Notes under the pieces: generated by a model
The model's input: only the letters and a program-made list of their open reading frames with translations
Told to the model about the DNA's origin: nothing
Database searches by the model: none
Assembly (NCBI GenBank): GCA_038063415.1
Contig: JBBTVD010000011.1
Coordinates: 779 to 64,778, forward strand
DNA length: 64,000 bases
DNA from: Patescibacteria group bacterium
Lineage (GTDB): Bacteria > Patescibacteriota > Microgenomatia > Levybacterales > UBA12049
Direction of reading: 5' to 3'
Position numbers and translations under genes: made by a program
In this document: positions 37,051-45,878 of the stretch, piece after piece
Layout of the letters: each line of letters begins with the position of its first letter
Position numbering within the stretch: position 1 is the first letter of the stretch

Positions 37051-39426
37051 CTATAACTTCGCTCGCTGAGCAATTTCCTTCTCAACAACATCCACACTTC
37101 GAGCATATTTCAGACGGGAAAGCTCGACAACGAGCTGTGCAACTCGTTCATTCCGCATGGCCTTCTCCTTGGCAATGTCTTTAGTTGTATCCAGTGAAAA
37201 TGGCAAAGTCGGCTCTCCCCCAACGAGGGTACGCATGTAGCAATTATACTTGTCGACGTTAATCAAGTCCTGTTCGCTAAACGTTGGTTGGAATTCGTGT
37301 TGTAAGAAGTTGGCATCGGTCACACCAACACGGAATGAGGCAATCGTTCCGACGTTACCGAAGATAGCGTTTTTGATCTCTTCTTCCATCTGTCCAATAA
37401 ACTGATTAGCAACTACGAGGTTAAGACGGTATTTTCGAGCCTCAGACAGAATTTGGGCGAAATCAGGAGTTGCGAAGTTTTGGAACTCGTCCACATAAAG
37501 AAAGAAATCTTTTCGCTGATCCATAGGGATATCCTGACGAGACATCGCAGCCACCAAGATTTTGGGCACAAGCACCAGTCCTAAGAAGTTCGAATTTTCT
37601 TCACCAATTTTTCCTTTTGCGAGATTGATCAGCAGGATCTTTTTTTCATCCATTACTTTTCGGAAGTTAAACGCACTATCTGATTGACCGATAATATTTC
37701 GGATCATTTTGTTGGTAACGAATCGGCCAAATTTTGACGTGATGTAATCAAGCACTTCAGATTTGTGGAAATCAGAGGTTTGAGCAATCTGATCAGTCCA
37801 GTAACGTCTGACGATAGGATCTTTCACTTTTGGCAGCAGTTCTTCCACATACTTTTGATCAGTGAGCACCCGCACCACCTCGATAAGAGTACTTCCCTTC
37901 TCTGACATAACCGTCAACATAGCATTACGAACCGCGTGTTCAAAACGAGGACCGACCATACCTGTTTTGTTCGGATCAAACAACTTATACATAAGGCCAA
38001 TGATCGAATTGGCCACAAAGTGAATTTGTTGCTCATTGTCTGCTTCAAGTAGATTAAAACCCATCGGCCGCTCAAGATCAGAAGGATCAAAAAGTATGAC
38101 GTCTTCTGCTCGCTTAGGTGGAATTAATCGCAACGTATCTTCTACTAAATCTCCGTGCGGATCAATAACAGCGAGCCCGTGTCCATCCATAATATCCTGC
38201 ATAATCATAGATTTAAGAAACTCGGATTTTCCAGTACCGGTCTTTCCGATGATATAGGTATGTCGCCGGCGATCATCAATATCAATATGTACGGGACGAG
38301 TCATGCCACGGAAACTACTCTTCCCCAAAAATAGTCCAGTAGTCGGGACGTTTGAGGGAACTGGTGCTCGCTTTGAGGTCAACCAATGAATTCCCGGGGT
38401 GGACACGCCTTTGTTGGGTAAATGAAAAACAGTAGCAAGCTCTTCACTCGTAAGAATTGACTGTTGTCCAAAGATTGGCATATAGCGATAGATAAAGTCC
38501 TGCATAAACCAACCTTTGAAATAAATATGGTTTTTCTTGAATTTGTTTACCGACGAAGCAAACTGGCCAAAAGCGTTGGTAAGATTTCGTAGATGTGAAT
38601 CTGCCTGATCCTGTGAGATGGAACAAACAACCATTCTTACCGTTGTATTAAATCCTGGTTTACTTATTTTATTTTCTATCCCTTCCAGCTCTTTGGCATC
38701 AGTCTGGTAACTCGCTTTTTCAGGATTTGCTTCATTCTTTTTTACCCCTCCGATATAATTACGACCTGTTTTCTTCCAACTATTGTCTGCTGGACTAATC
38801 ACAATTTGGATAACAGCCCCTTCACCCTCTCCCATTTTGGCAAGAGTAGAAGTGATTGAAGAAAGTGGATCAACAGGAAGATCTTTGTATACTTTCATTG
38901 GCAGGTAGTTGCCATGCTTGACGCGTAGCGAACTAAAAGCTACCTTCCCATTCTCGGTAAAAATATTATAGTCTGAGCCAAGCGTTGCTCCTTCCATTTG
39001 TTTTGCAGCGGGAGAAGTAACCGGCACGATATCAGCATCAGGATAGGCTCCATTGATTTGTTTTTCGATAAAATCACGATATTTACTACTCACATGCACA
39101 TAGAAACGAATATCTCCAGTACGCCCAACAATTTCAAAAGAGAAATGTGGATGCCGGCGAAAGAATTCTAACCGGCCACTTTTATGGAGTGCATAGAGAC
39201 TGGAGAACATTTGCTCAGCAGCATCAATTTTGATCTCGTTATCCTTGGGCAGACTAATTTGTAAAAGCGTTGAATCGAGAGCTTCAGCCTCACGACCCCG
39301 GTGATGTAACCACAGGACAAAAAGATAAAACCCTATCCCCCCGACAGCTAACAGCACGAGGACAACAACCGTTGTGATGACAAGTGCCGTCATAATGGCC
39401 GCAGGATTAGTAAGTGAAAATTCCAT
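37051..39426 (-). CDS. VirD4/TraD-HerA-like membrane-anchored ATPase
   Basis: N-terminal TM, RRHTYIIGKTGTGKS, IDPHGD, LYVDEFQNF, EARKY, ANQF. Confidence 0.88.
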   Translation of the reverse strand: MEFSLTNPAAIMTALVITTVVVLVLLAVGGIGFYLFVLWLHHRGREAEALDSTLLQISLPKDNEIKIDAAEQMFSSLYALHKSGRLEFFRRHPHFSFEIVGRTGDIRFYVHVSSKYRDFIEKQINGAYPDADIVPVTSPAAKQMEGATLGSDYNIFTENGKVAFSSLRVKHGNYLPMKVYKDLPVDPLSSITSTLAKMGEGEGAVIQIVISPADNSWKKTGRNYIGGVKKNEANPEKASYQTDAKELEGIENKISKPGFNTTVRMVVCSISQDQADSHLRNLTNAFGQFASSVNKFKKNHIYFKGWFMQDFIYRYMPIFGQQSILTSEELATVFHLPNKGVSTPGIHWLTSKRAPVPSNVPTTGLFLGKSSFRGMTRPVHIDIDDRRRHTYIIGKTGTGKSEFLKSMIMQDIMDGHGLAVIDPHGDLVEDTLRLIPPKRAEDVILFDPSDLERPMGFNLLEADNEQQIHFVANSIIGLMYKLFDPNKTGMVGPRFEHAVRNAMLTVMSEKGSTLIEVVRVLTDQKYVEELLPKVKDPIVRRYWTDQIAQTSDFHKSEVLDYITSKFGRFVTNKMIRNIIGQSDSAFNFRKVMDEKKILLINLAKGKIGEENSNFLGLVLVPKILVAAMSRQDIPMDQRKDFFLYVDEFQNFATPDFAQILSEARKYRLNLVVANQFIGQMEEEIKNAIFGNVGTIASFRVGVTDANFLQHEFQPTFSEQDLINVDKYNCYMRTLVGGEPTLPFSLDTTKDIAKEKAMRNERVAQLVVELSRLKYARSVDVVEKEIAQRAKL

Positions 39427-39428
39427 AG

Positions 39429-39971
39429 TTATGCTTTCAAGTTAGGATCAATTTTACGCCACTGATAAATAATTAAGGTCGCAAGCCATTTCATTGCATC
39501 ACGCATTTTTGATTTTTTTTGTTCAGTCTTGGCATCAGGATAGCTTTTTTCTGGAGTAATAACTTTCTGTGGATTAATAACCTCTTGTAATGCTTCCTTT
39601 GTCTGAGCAGGAGCCGTTTGAAGCGTCTGGACAATTGCTTCAGGAGTTTGTGCAGGAGCTTCTTTGGGAGGCTCTTGATTTTCTGCCGTTGGCTCAACCT
39701 CGACAGGTTGTGCAGTAGTCTGCCCAGCAACAGGCTCATCTTCATCCTCATCGGCTACAGGTGGAGGTGCAGTCTCTACTCCAGACGTAGAAGAGACAGT
39801 CATTGCTCCGTATTCTTTATTCCCCGTTGGAGTAGCAGGTGAAGCCTGCGGCATGGATGGGAGAGACGCAGGCTGTTGTGTTGCAGGAGCCGAAGTGGCA
39901 ACAGGAGAAGCAGCTGCTTGAGCTGGAACTGGAGTAGTTTGTGTCTGTGGAGTTTGACTAGCAGTATCCAT
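39429..39971 (-). CDS. Low-complexity (P/A/T/Q/E-rich) hypothetical protein
   Basis: 180-aa ORF that looks disordered, with a short C-terminal helix, directly upstream of the ATPase. Confidence 0.75.
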   Translation of the reverse strand: MDTASQTPQTQTTPVPAQAAASPVATSAPATQQPASLPSMPQASPATPTGNKEYGAMTVSSTSGVETAPPPVADEDEDEPVAGQTTAQPVEVEPTAENQEPPKEAPAQTPEAIVQTLQTAPAQTKEALQEVINPQKVITPEKSYPDAKTEQKKSKMRDAMKWLATLIIYQWRKIDPNLKA

Positions 39972-40024
39972 AGTACCATATTAGCATAGGCACAGTTGAA
40001 ATTCTAATAACAAAATGATTACTC

Positions 40025-40171
40025 CTAACTTTCTCCAGGCCTCCATCCACATTCAGGACATGCAGCCATCTCCCCAGACTGAATTTTGGTTACCTCAGCA
40101 TCGCTGGCTATCCAGCCGCACTGACGGCATTTGATCTGATAACAGATTTGACAAGATTGTTTTTCTTCCAT
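40025..40171 (-). CDS. 48-aa zinc-ribbon microprotein (below the ORF-track cutoff)
   Basis: MEEKQSCQICYQIKCRQCGWIASDAEVTKIQSGEMAACPECGWRPGES*, with three CxxC pairs. Starts 3 nt after the upstream stop. Confidence 0.75.
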   Translation of the reverse strand: MEEKQSCQICYQIKCRQCGWIASDAEVTKIQSGEMAACPECGWRPGES

Positions 40172-40174
40172 AGA

Positions 40175-41743
40175 TTATGCAGCAAGAGCATACCCTTTTT
40201 TTGCTGCCTGTCCTCCCATCTTTGCATCACAAGGGACACAAATTTCACAAGGGCCTACTGCTGTTGGCCCACTATTGCAGACAACACAAGTTCCTTCATG
40301 GTCAAAGCTGTACTCTTCTGAAGAGTCCTTTTTCTTTAACATTGATGCCAAACCAGCCAAACCAACACTCCCCTCAGGAATGAGCGGTGAAGAGGGGTTG
40401 CCGCCCGAGACATCATATCCTCTATTCGTAGGACAGCCGGCACCGCCCTTTTTGACTGGAGTTAGCTTACCAATTTGGTGCACAGCCGCCATGACTTGCA
40501 ACTCTGTTATCAGATTGGTATCTGCCTCCGGAAAGATTTGATATGTTTTCCCAGGCTCAAAAAAATCCTTCTGTTCACCTTTTTCCAACTGATCACTCAT
40601 ATTAAGGATCGCATTAAACCGAATACAGAGTTCTTTCCAGTTGGGAGTTGCTGGTAATTTCAAAACAGCATCTTCGACTCCTTGCATATAAAAATCGACC
40701 ATTTGCTTCAATAAAGGATCATGATAAATATGCTTCTCAAAGTCATGAATCTCCATCCGTTTACCCTCAAGGATTGCAGCTGGAAGTTCTCCCTTAAGAG
40801 GTCGAGAGAGAAGATACGCATCCAGAAGCGGCTTCTCTGCTGCTTGATCGTAAGGGACAAAGAGCTGTGGATCAAGGAGCTGCGCTGCCTTACGATATCC
40901 CTCTTTATCCAGATCGACATCGCGCTGAGTAAGCTCTACATACTTTTTCCCGTCTTTGGATTTGAGGGTATAGGTATTGATAAATGCCTTTTCATACGCC
41001 CCCTTCTTGCCCTCTTCTATCACACTACTTGGCGGAGAAAAGACCGTATAGGTCGTCCCTATTTCTGTCTGTGGATCTGCAAGCGCTGCCTCAAGCTTTA
41101 TCCATCCAACAAGTTCTGCATGTTCCCGCTCTGCTTCGAGCGTACCATGACTGAGACGGTAGTCAATCCCTTCTTGAATTATCGTACGAACTGATACGGC
41201 AGATGGCTTCTCTCCTGGATTCTCGGCAGGAAGCTCTGCAAATAATTGTCCATCACGTATTTCATAGGTTATTGGAACAGTATTTGATTTTACCCGTTCA
41301 ACGAGGTTTGTTTTGAGATTGAGCCGCATCATCCGCAATTCTTGAAGATAAGCATCCCTATCTTTTGCCATCTCCAAGCTTGTGATATCTTTGGCAACGT
41401 CAAATGATCGATAGAGCCTGTCTTCGCTGCTATACGTTTGCCCCAATGCTTCATCGAGCTGTGCTTGTCGTAAGGCAAGTCGTGCAGCTTTACTTCCTGA
41501 TTCCCATTCTCCCGAACGAAAGCCTCCAGCAACAATGGTTCTTTTACCAGGCTGTTCTGCAGAACGAGAGGAAGGAAATGTGAGTGGAATAGCAGTCTTT
41601 AATTGGTCGGGTAAGGACGCAGTTGTACGATCTGGAAGACGAGGCTGTTGAGCACTTGATAAAAGTTCTCTTTTATTCAGCGGATTTCTCCACTGTTCGT
41701 ACTTACTTATATTTCTTCCTGCTTCTACTGTTATTCTTTGCAT
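40175..41743 (-). CDS. Hypothetical protein with C-terminal Cys cluster
   Basis: Start revised to MQRIT after GAGGAG-N7. Contains FSPP, GGAGCP and CVVC...CEICVPC. Confidence 0.8.
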   Translation of the reverse strand: MQRITVEAGRNISKYEQWRNPLNKRELLSSAQQPRLPDRTTASLPDQLKTAIPLTFPSSRSAEQPGKRTIVAGGFRSGEWESGSKAARLALRQAQLDEALGQTYSSEDRLYRSFDVAKDITSLEMAKDRDAYLQELRMMRLNLKTNLVERVKSNTVPITYEIRDGQLFAELPAENPGEKPSAVSVRTIIQEGIDYRLSHGTLEAEREHAELVGWIKLEAALADPQTEIGTTYTVFSPPSSVIEEGKKGAYEKAFINTYTLKSKDGKKYVELTQRDVDLDKEGYRKAAQLLDPQLFVPYDQAAEKPLLDAYLLSRPLKGELPAAILEGKRMEIHDFEKHIYHDPLLKQMVDFYMQGVEDAVLKLPATPNWKELCIRFNAILNMSDQLEKGEQKDFFEPGKTYQIFPEADTNLITELQVMAAVHQIGKLTPVKKGGAGCPTNRGYDVSGGNPSSPLIPEGSVGLAGLASMLKKKDSSEEYSFDHEGTCVVCNSGPTAVGPCEICVPCDAKMGGQAAKKGYALAA

Positions 41744-41892
41744 AAAAAAACTCCTCATGTTGCATCAACTTCCGAGGAGTCCACAAAAAAAGGACTTCTG
41801 CTCGGAAGACTTTTTGCCCAAAATAAATAGGCATGGGGATCTGGCTTTACAGTTGCGGCACAGCTCAGGAATGTCACCTGATTCACCCATTT
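41744..41892 (-). ncRNA. Cobalamin riboswitch 2 (aptamer about 41832-41892) plus expression platform
   Basis: ATGGG TGAA TCAGG TGACATT CCTGA GCTGTGCCGCAACTGTAA AGCCAGA T CCCCAT contains the GCCGCAACTGT and AGCCAG B12 signatures. A downstream ACTCCTC..GAGGAGT hairpin plus U-tract overlaps the RBS. Confidence 0.8.
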
Positions 41893-42444
41893 TTATCTTT
41901 TTTTCCACGTTATCTCTGGTTGTTTTTCTTGCTGATTCACCAATCGTGCCATCGTAAAGAGGAGATCAGACAAACGATTCACATATTTTATAATTGCAGG
42001 ATCGATCTCTTCTTCTTGCATTAGTGATACAAGCTGCCTTTCAGCACGTCGTGTTATGCTCCGAGAGATGTGTAATGACGCACCGCTGAGACTTCCACCT
42101 GGGAGAATAAACTGCTTCAATTCTGGCAATGTGTCGGTCATCACATCAATGAGCTTCTCAAAAGCAGCTGGCCGAGTTTCAAGCCCAACGACGGGCAAAG
42201 GATATGGCGTAGCGAGAGCCGAACCAATAGCAAACAGATCATGCTGGATCTGTTCTAGTTCTCTTCTCACATCGTTTGCCATCTCCCATGTGCTATCTCC
42301 CATGTGTGCCAAAACCATTCCAAGAGAACTGTTGAGTTCGTCTATCGTCCCATAGGTTTCGACACGTTTGTCTGATTTGAGAACGCGCTTTCCATCAAAC
42401 AGAGATGTCTTCCCCTTGTCTCCCGTACGAGTATAAATAGCCAT
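41893..42444 (-). CDS. pduO: ATP:cob(I)alamin adenosyltransferase (PduO-type)
   Basis: IYTRTGDKGKT, YGTIDELNS, FILPGG, RRAER, YVNRLSDLLF. Confidence 0.95.
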   Translation of the reverse strand: MAIYTRTGDKGKTSLFDGKRVLKSDKRVETYGTIDELNSSLGMVLAHMGDSTWEMANDVRRELEQIQHDLFAIGSALATPYPLPVVGLETRPAAFEKLIDVMTDTLPELKQFILPGGSLSGASLHISRSITRRAERQLVSLMQEEEIDPAIIKYVNRLSDLLFTMARLVNQQEKQPEITWKKR

Positions 42445-42675
42445 TTAGACTACCACACCTTTCTCTCTTTTATTTGTCATTCCCGCGTAGGCGGGAATCC
42501 AGTAATGAGAAGCGTTCACAGATAGATTCCTGGTTTGCGACCAGGAATGACTACTCGTGGGAACGCGAACAGTTGCACCAGCAATCAATGGAAGTAAGGC
42601 AGCGATGACTAAAGAAAGAAATAATACGATGGCGATGGCAATATTTTCTCTGATGAGTTTTTTGATGTTAGGCAT
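42445..42675 (-). CDS. Small membrane/signal-peptide protein whose C-terminal part is a family A repeat
   Basis: TM segment followed by SHSWSQTRNL...WIPAYAGMT. ATG follows AAGGA within the riboswitch platform, and the stop abuts the pduO start. Confidence 0.55.
   Translation of the reverse strand: MPNIKKLIRENIAIAIVLFLSLVIAALLPLIAGATVRVPTSSHSWSQTRNLSVNASHYWIPAYAGMTNKREKGVVV
42476..42551. repeat. Family A element
   Basis: GTCATTCCCGCGTAGGCGGGAATCC...GATTCCTGGTTTGCGACCAGGAATGAC. Confidence 0.9.
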
Positions 42676-42808
42676 AAAAAAATCCTTCTCACCGAGAAGG
42701 ACTATGCCATGATAGCTTTTCCTGCTCGGGCAATATCATCATGTACAGTTTTCTGACTTTACAGTAGCGGCACTGTGGTTGATTTACACAACACTTGCCT
42801 GAACATGA
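42676..42808 (-). ncRNA. Cobalamin riboswitch 1 (aptamer about 42739-42808) plus expression platform
   Basis: TCATGTTCAG GCAAGTG..ACAGTGCCGCTACTGTAA AGTCAGAAAA CTGTACATGA. A downstream TCCTTCTC-GGT-GAGAAGGA hairpin plus U7 lies just before the ATG. Confidence 0.82.
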
Positions 42809-45268
42809 CTAACACTCACTATAGCCACAGCTATAGCATTTCTTACAACCTTCTTCATAGGCCAGAGTACTGGATCCACAGTCTGGACAAATATCAAAGA
42901 GACTTGTGGACGAGGTTTGCATAGCTACACCCGTATCAGGAATTGCCAATTGGTTTTGTGCAAGAGAAGCTTCAGTAATAGGCGCATCGGCTGCAATAGC
43001 TGCACCATTCGCGTGTAAACCTTCTCCATTAGTTACCGCATTGATAACCTCTTTATCTTGCACCGTCCCATTTACTTTAAAGTTAGAATGTTTGGACAAG
43101 ACTTTTGCAATAGCATCAGGAAGTGAGCGCACACGATTCTCGCCAAAGCCAATGCTCCGTGAACCGCCAATACCAGTAAGCTCTGAAACAATCTCACGAA
43201 CTCGCTCACGAGCAGGAACCGCACTATGAATACGGAGGACAAAAGAAATCATACGACCAAGGGCATCAGCCAGTGCCATCAGATCTGAACCACTTTTGCC
43301 ATGATTGATGAATACCTCAAACATATTCCCCTTTTCGTCTTCGTTAATCGTGACATACATCTTGCCGCTTGGGCTATCTGATTTATAGGTAACACCGGAA
43401 AGCATCATAGGACGAGGCATACGAGGAGTTACAGGGATAGCAGGCTCTTGAACACTTGGAGCCTCTTGTACTGAGGTTATCAAAGCATCTTCTGCTTTCT
43501 TTTTCTCTTTTTGTGGGTCAATTCTTTCAAGTACTCCTTGTCGAGAACCATCTCGCATATAGGTTACTCCTTTGAGACCCATATCATAGGCTGCCATATA
43601 CAGGGTTTTCACATCGTCAACTGTGTGAGTATTTGGCGCATTGACTGTTTTTGAAATTGAAGAATCAATGTATTCCTGCGCGACTGCCTGGACACGAGTA
43701 TGCTCAAGCGGTGTCAAATCATTTGCGCCAACGAAATAGGCTGGCCTCTCTGCCGTTGGGTTTTCTTTAAGCCATGCCTCATACAAGGGATGATACATAA
43801 TCTCTTCTCCACCTTTCCAAATACGTCTAAACGTGAATTCATACACTGGTTCAACACCAGAACTGACACCTGAAACGAGCGATGTTGTCCCTGTTGGAGC
43901 AATCGTCAAAAGTACTGCGTTACGAATTCCCTGTTCTTCAATCATTTCCCGAATTTTCTTTGGCAATGCTTTGATGTGGTAGCCTTGCATGTATTTTTCT
44001 TTATCAAATTTAGGAAAAATGCCTTTTTCTTTCGCAAGTTCTGATGAAGCAATGTAAGCATTGTCCCGAAGAGTTTTAAAGATTTTTTCAATAACTGGTT
44101 GCGCTTCATCAGCCCCATATTGCAAATGCATTTTAATTAACGCGTCCGCAAGCCCCATAATACCAAGGCCTGTTCTTCGAATATCTTTGGCGACTTCTTC
44201 GTTTTCCTTAAAAAAATAATGCGTTTGATCAATAACATTATCAAGCATACGCATCGCAACTTTAACATCCTGACTAAAGCTGTCGAAGTCAAACGTCCCG
44301 GCTTTGCCTGGTTCGTAACCTTTAACGTAGGCAGACAAATTCATCGCTCCAAGGTTACAGACAGCCCAACCACCAAGAGGCTGTTCCCCACAAGGATTGG
44401 TTGCAATTAATGTCTCAAAATACCATGTATTACTGCGAGCGTTACTTCGACCCAAGAAATGCAATCCTGGCTCTGCTGATCTCCAGGCAGCAGTACAAAT
44501 AAGATCCCACAATTCTCGTGCTTTAACGGTTTTGTGGACTTTGATCTTTCCACCTTTTGCTTTCCATTTATCGAGTTCTCCATCCCACTCTTCATCATAA
44601 CGAGAATCTGAAATATCTGGATAGACCAGCTCCCATTCTTTATCTGCTTTTACGGCCTCCATAAACTCGTCAGAAATACAGACCGAAAGGTTGGCACCAT
44701 TAATCTTGGTGAGGTCTTGCTTCACGGTGATAAATTCTTCAATATCCGGATGCCAATCCCAAAGCATAAGCATTGTTGCGCCACGGCGAGAACCTCCTTG
44801 TTGGACAATGTCATGGGTTGCGACTGAAAAAAGCGTTGCCCAATTAACAGGACCTGAGGAAGTGCCATTTACTTTCCTTACCCGAGCCCCTTTTGGACGA
44901 AGAGAAGAGAGGTTAAGACCAACACCACCAGAGCGAGCTTGAATCTCAACAAGCTGACCGAGTGACTCCAAAATACCGTGGCGTGAATCTTTGGGTGATG
45001 GAATCACAAAACAGTTAAAATACGTGACCTGGTAGCCTGTTCCGGCACCAGACAGGATACGACCTGCCGGAACAAACTTGAAGTCTTCCATCACCCGATA
45101 GAATTCTTTGACCCATTTACGACGCTCGCCTTTCTTTTCGTTCTCGGCAATCCCCCGTGCTACCCGCTGCCACATTTCAACAGGTGTTGGCTCCGTGGGT
45201 TTCCCTTCTTCATCTTTCAATGAATATCGATCCAAAAATACTTTTTGTCTTATACCATCTAATTTCAT
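42809..45268 (-). CDS. nrdJ: Adenosylcobalamin-dependent (class II) ribonucleotide reductase
   Basis: PAGRIL, FNCFV, QQGGSRRGA, TNPCGEQPL, IAPTGT, C-terminal TSCPD-like domain, CPDC...CKKCYSCGYSEC. Confidence 0.95.
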   Translation of the reverse strand: MKLDGIRQKVFLDRYSLKDEEGKPTEPTPVEMWQRVARGIAENEKKGERRKWVKEFYRVMEDFKFVPAGRILSGAGTGYQVTYFNCFVIPSPKDSRHGILESLGQLVEIQARSGGVGLNLSSLRPKGARVRKVNGTSSGPVNWATLFSVATHDIVQQGGSRRGATMLMLWDWHPDIEEFITVKQDLTKINGANLSVCISDEFMEAVKADKEWELVYPDISDSRYDEEWDGELDKWKAKGGKIKVHKTVKARELWDLICTAAWRSAEPGLHFLGRSNARSNTWYFETLIATNPCGEQPLGGWAVCNLGAMNLSAYVKGYEPGKAGTFDFDSFSQDVKVAMRMLDNVIDQTHYFFKENEEVAKDIRRTGLGIMGLADALIKMHLQYGADEAQPVIEKIFKTLRDNAYIASSELAKEKGIFPKFDKEKYMQGYHIKALPKKIREMIEEQGIRNAVLLTIAPTGTTSLVSGVSSGVEPVYEFTFRRIWKGGEEIMYHPLYEAWLKENPTAERPAYFVGANDLTPLEHTRVQAVAQEYIDSSISKTVNAPNTHTVDDVKTLYMAAYDMGLKGVTYMRDGSRQGVLERIDPQKEKKKAEDALITSVQEAPSVQEPAIPVTPRMPRPMMLSGVTYKSDSPSGKMYVTINEDEKGNMFEVFINHGKSGSDLMALADALGRMISFVLRIHSAVPARERVREIVSELTGIGGSRSIGFGENRVRSLPDAIAKVLSKHSNFKVNGTVQDKEVINAVTNGEGLHANGAAIAADAPITEASLAQNQLAIPDTGVAMQTSSTSLFDICPDCGSSTLAYEEGCKKCYSCGYSEC

Positions 45269-45270
45269 AG

Positions 45271-45717
45271 TTATTTAATTCCTTTCACTTCTTTTTCAAA
45301 CTCTTCAACGTCGACAAACCGTTTAAAGACACTTGCGAAACGGATATACGCAACTTTATCTAACTCCTTGAGACGTTTGGCAATCATTTCACCAATAATT
45401 TTACTCTCTACCTCAAGTGACCCTGATCCTCGCACTTCTCTGGTTATTTCAGTCACGATTCTCTCGATTTCTTCTGTCGGAATTGTTGTCTTCTCACAAG
45501 CTTTTAAAATACCTTGTTTTAACTTTTCCCGATTAAACTTTTCTCGCCGATTGTCTCGTTTGATAACAATAAGCTGGATATTCTCTACCCGCTCATAGGT
45601 CGTAAATCGCTTCGCGCAGACAAGACAGGATCTTCTTCGCCTGATAGTATCCATGTCTGAACTCTCGCGTGTTTCAACAACCTCTGAGCCTTTGTTTCCG
45701 CAATATGGGCAGTGCAT
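45271..45717 (-). CDS. nrdR: Transcriptional repressor NrdR
   Basis: MHCPYC, IRRRRSC..C..RFTTYE, ATP cone, VAYIRFASV. Start revised. Confidence 0.97.
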   Translation of the reverse strand: MHCPYCGNKGSEVVETRESSDMDTIRRRRSCLVCAKRFTTYERVENIQLIVIKRDNRREKFNREKLKQGILKACEKTTIPTEEIERIVTEITREVRGSGSLEVESKIIGEMIAKRLKELDKVAYIRFASVFKRFVDVEEFEKEVKGIK

Positions 45718-45763
45718 TCGTATGCTTGAGCTCTCTTCTCTAGCGCTGGGTCTTTCTCCGCAG

Positions 45764-45811
45764 ACGCTGGATCTAGTGCCAAGAAAAATCATAGAGCACT
45801 ACATCTATAGT
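45764..45811. promoter_or_regulatory. Tandem NrdR boxes
   Basis: ACGCTGGATCTAGTGC (45764) and GCACTACATCTATAGT (45796) resemble acaCwAtATaTwGtgt and start 32 bp apart, upstream of nrdR-nrdJ. Confidence 0.7.
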
Positions 45812-45878
45812 TGCAACTAGAAAAATGCGGATCAAACTATATCATTAGCTTTGTGGAAGAATTAATGCTCGCTTTTTC

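Noticed and set aside
33725-39426. Integrative element (radC, XRE regulator, recombinase, tRNA, VirD4-like ATPase)
   Set aside because: No att duplication, relaxase or phage genes were seen, and a divIC-like housekeeping gene is interleaved.
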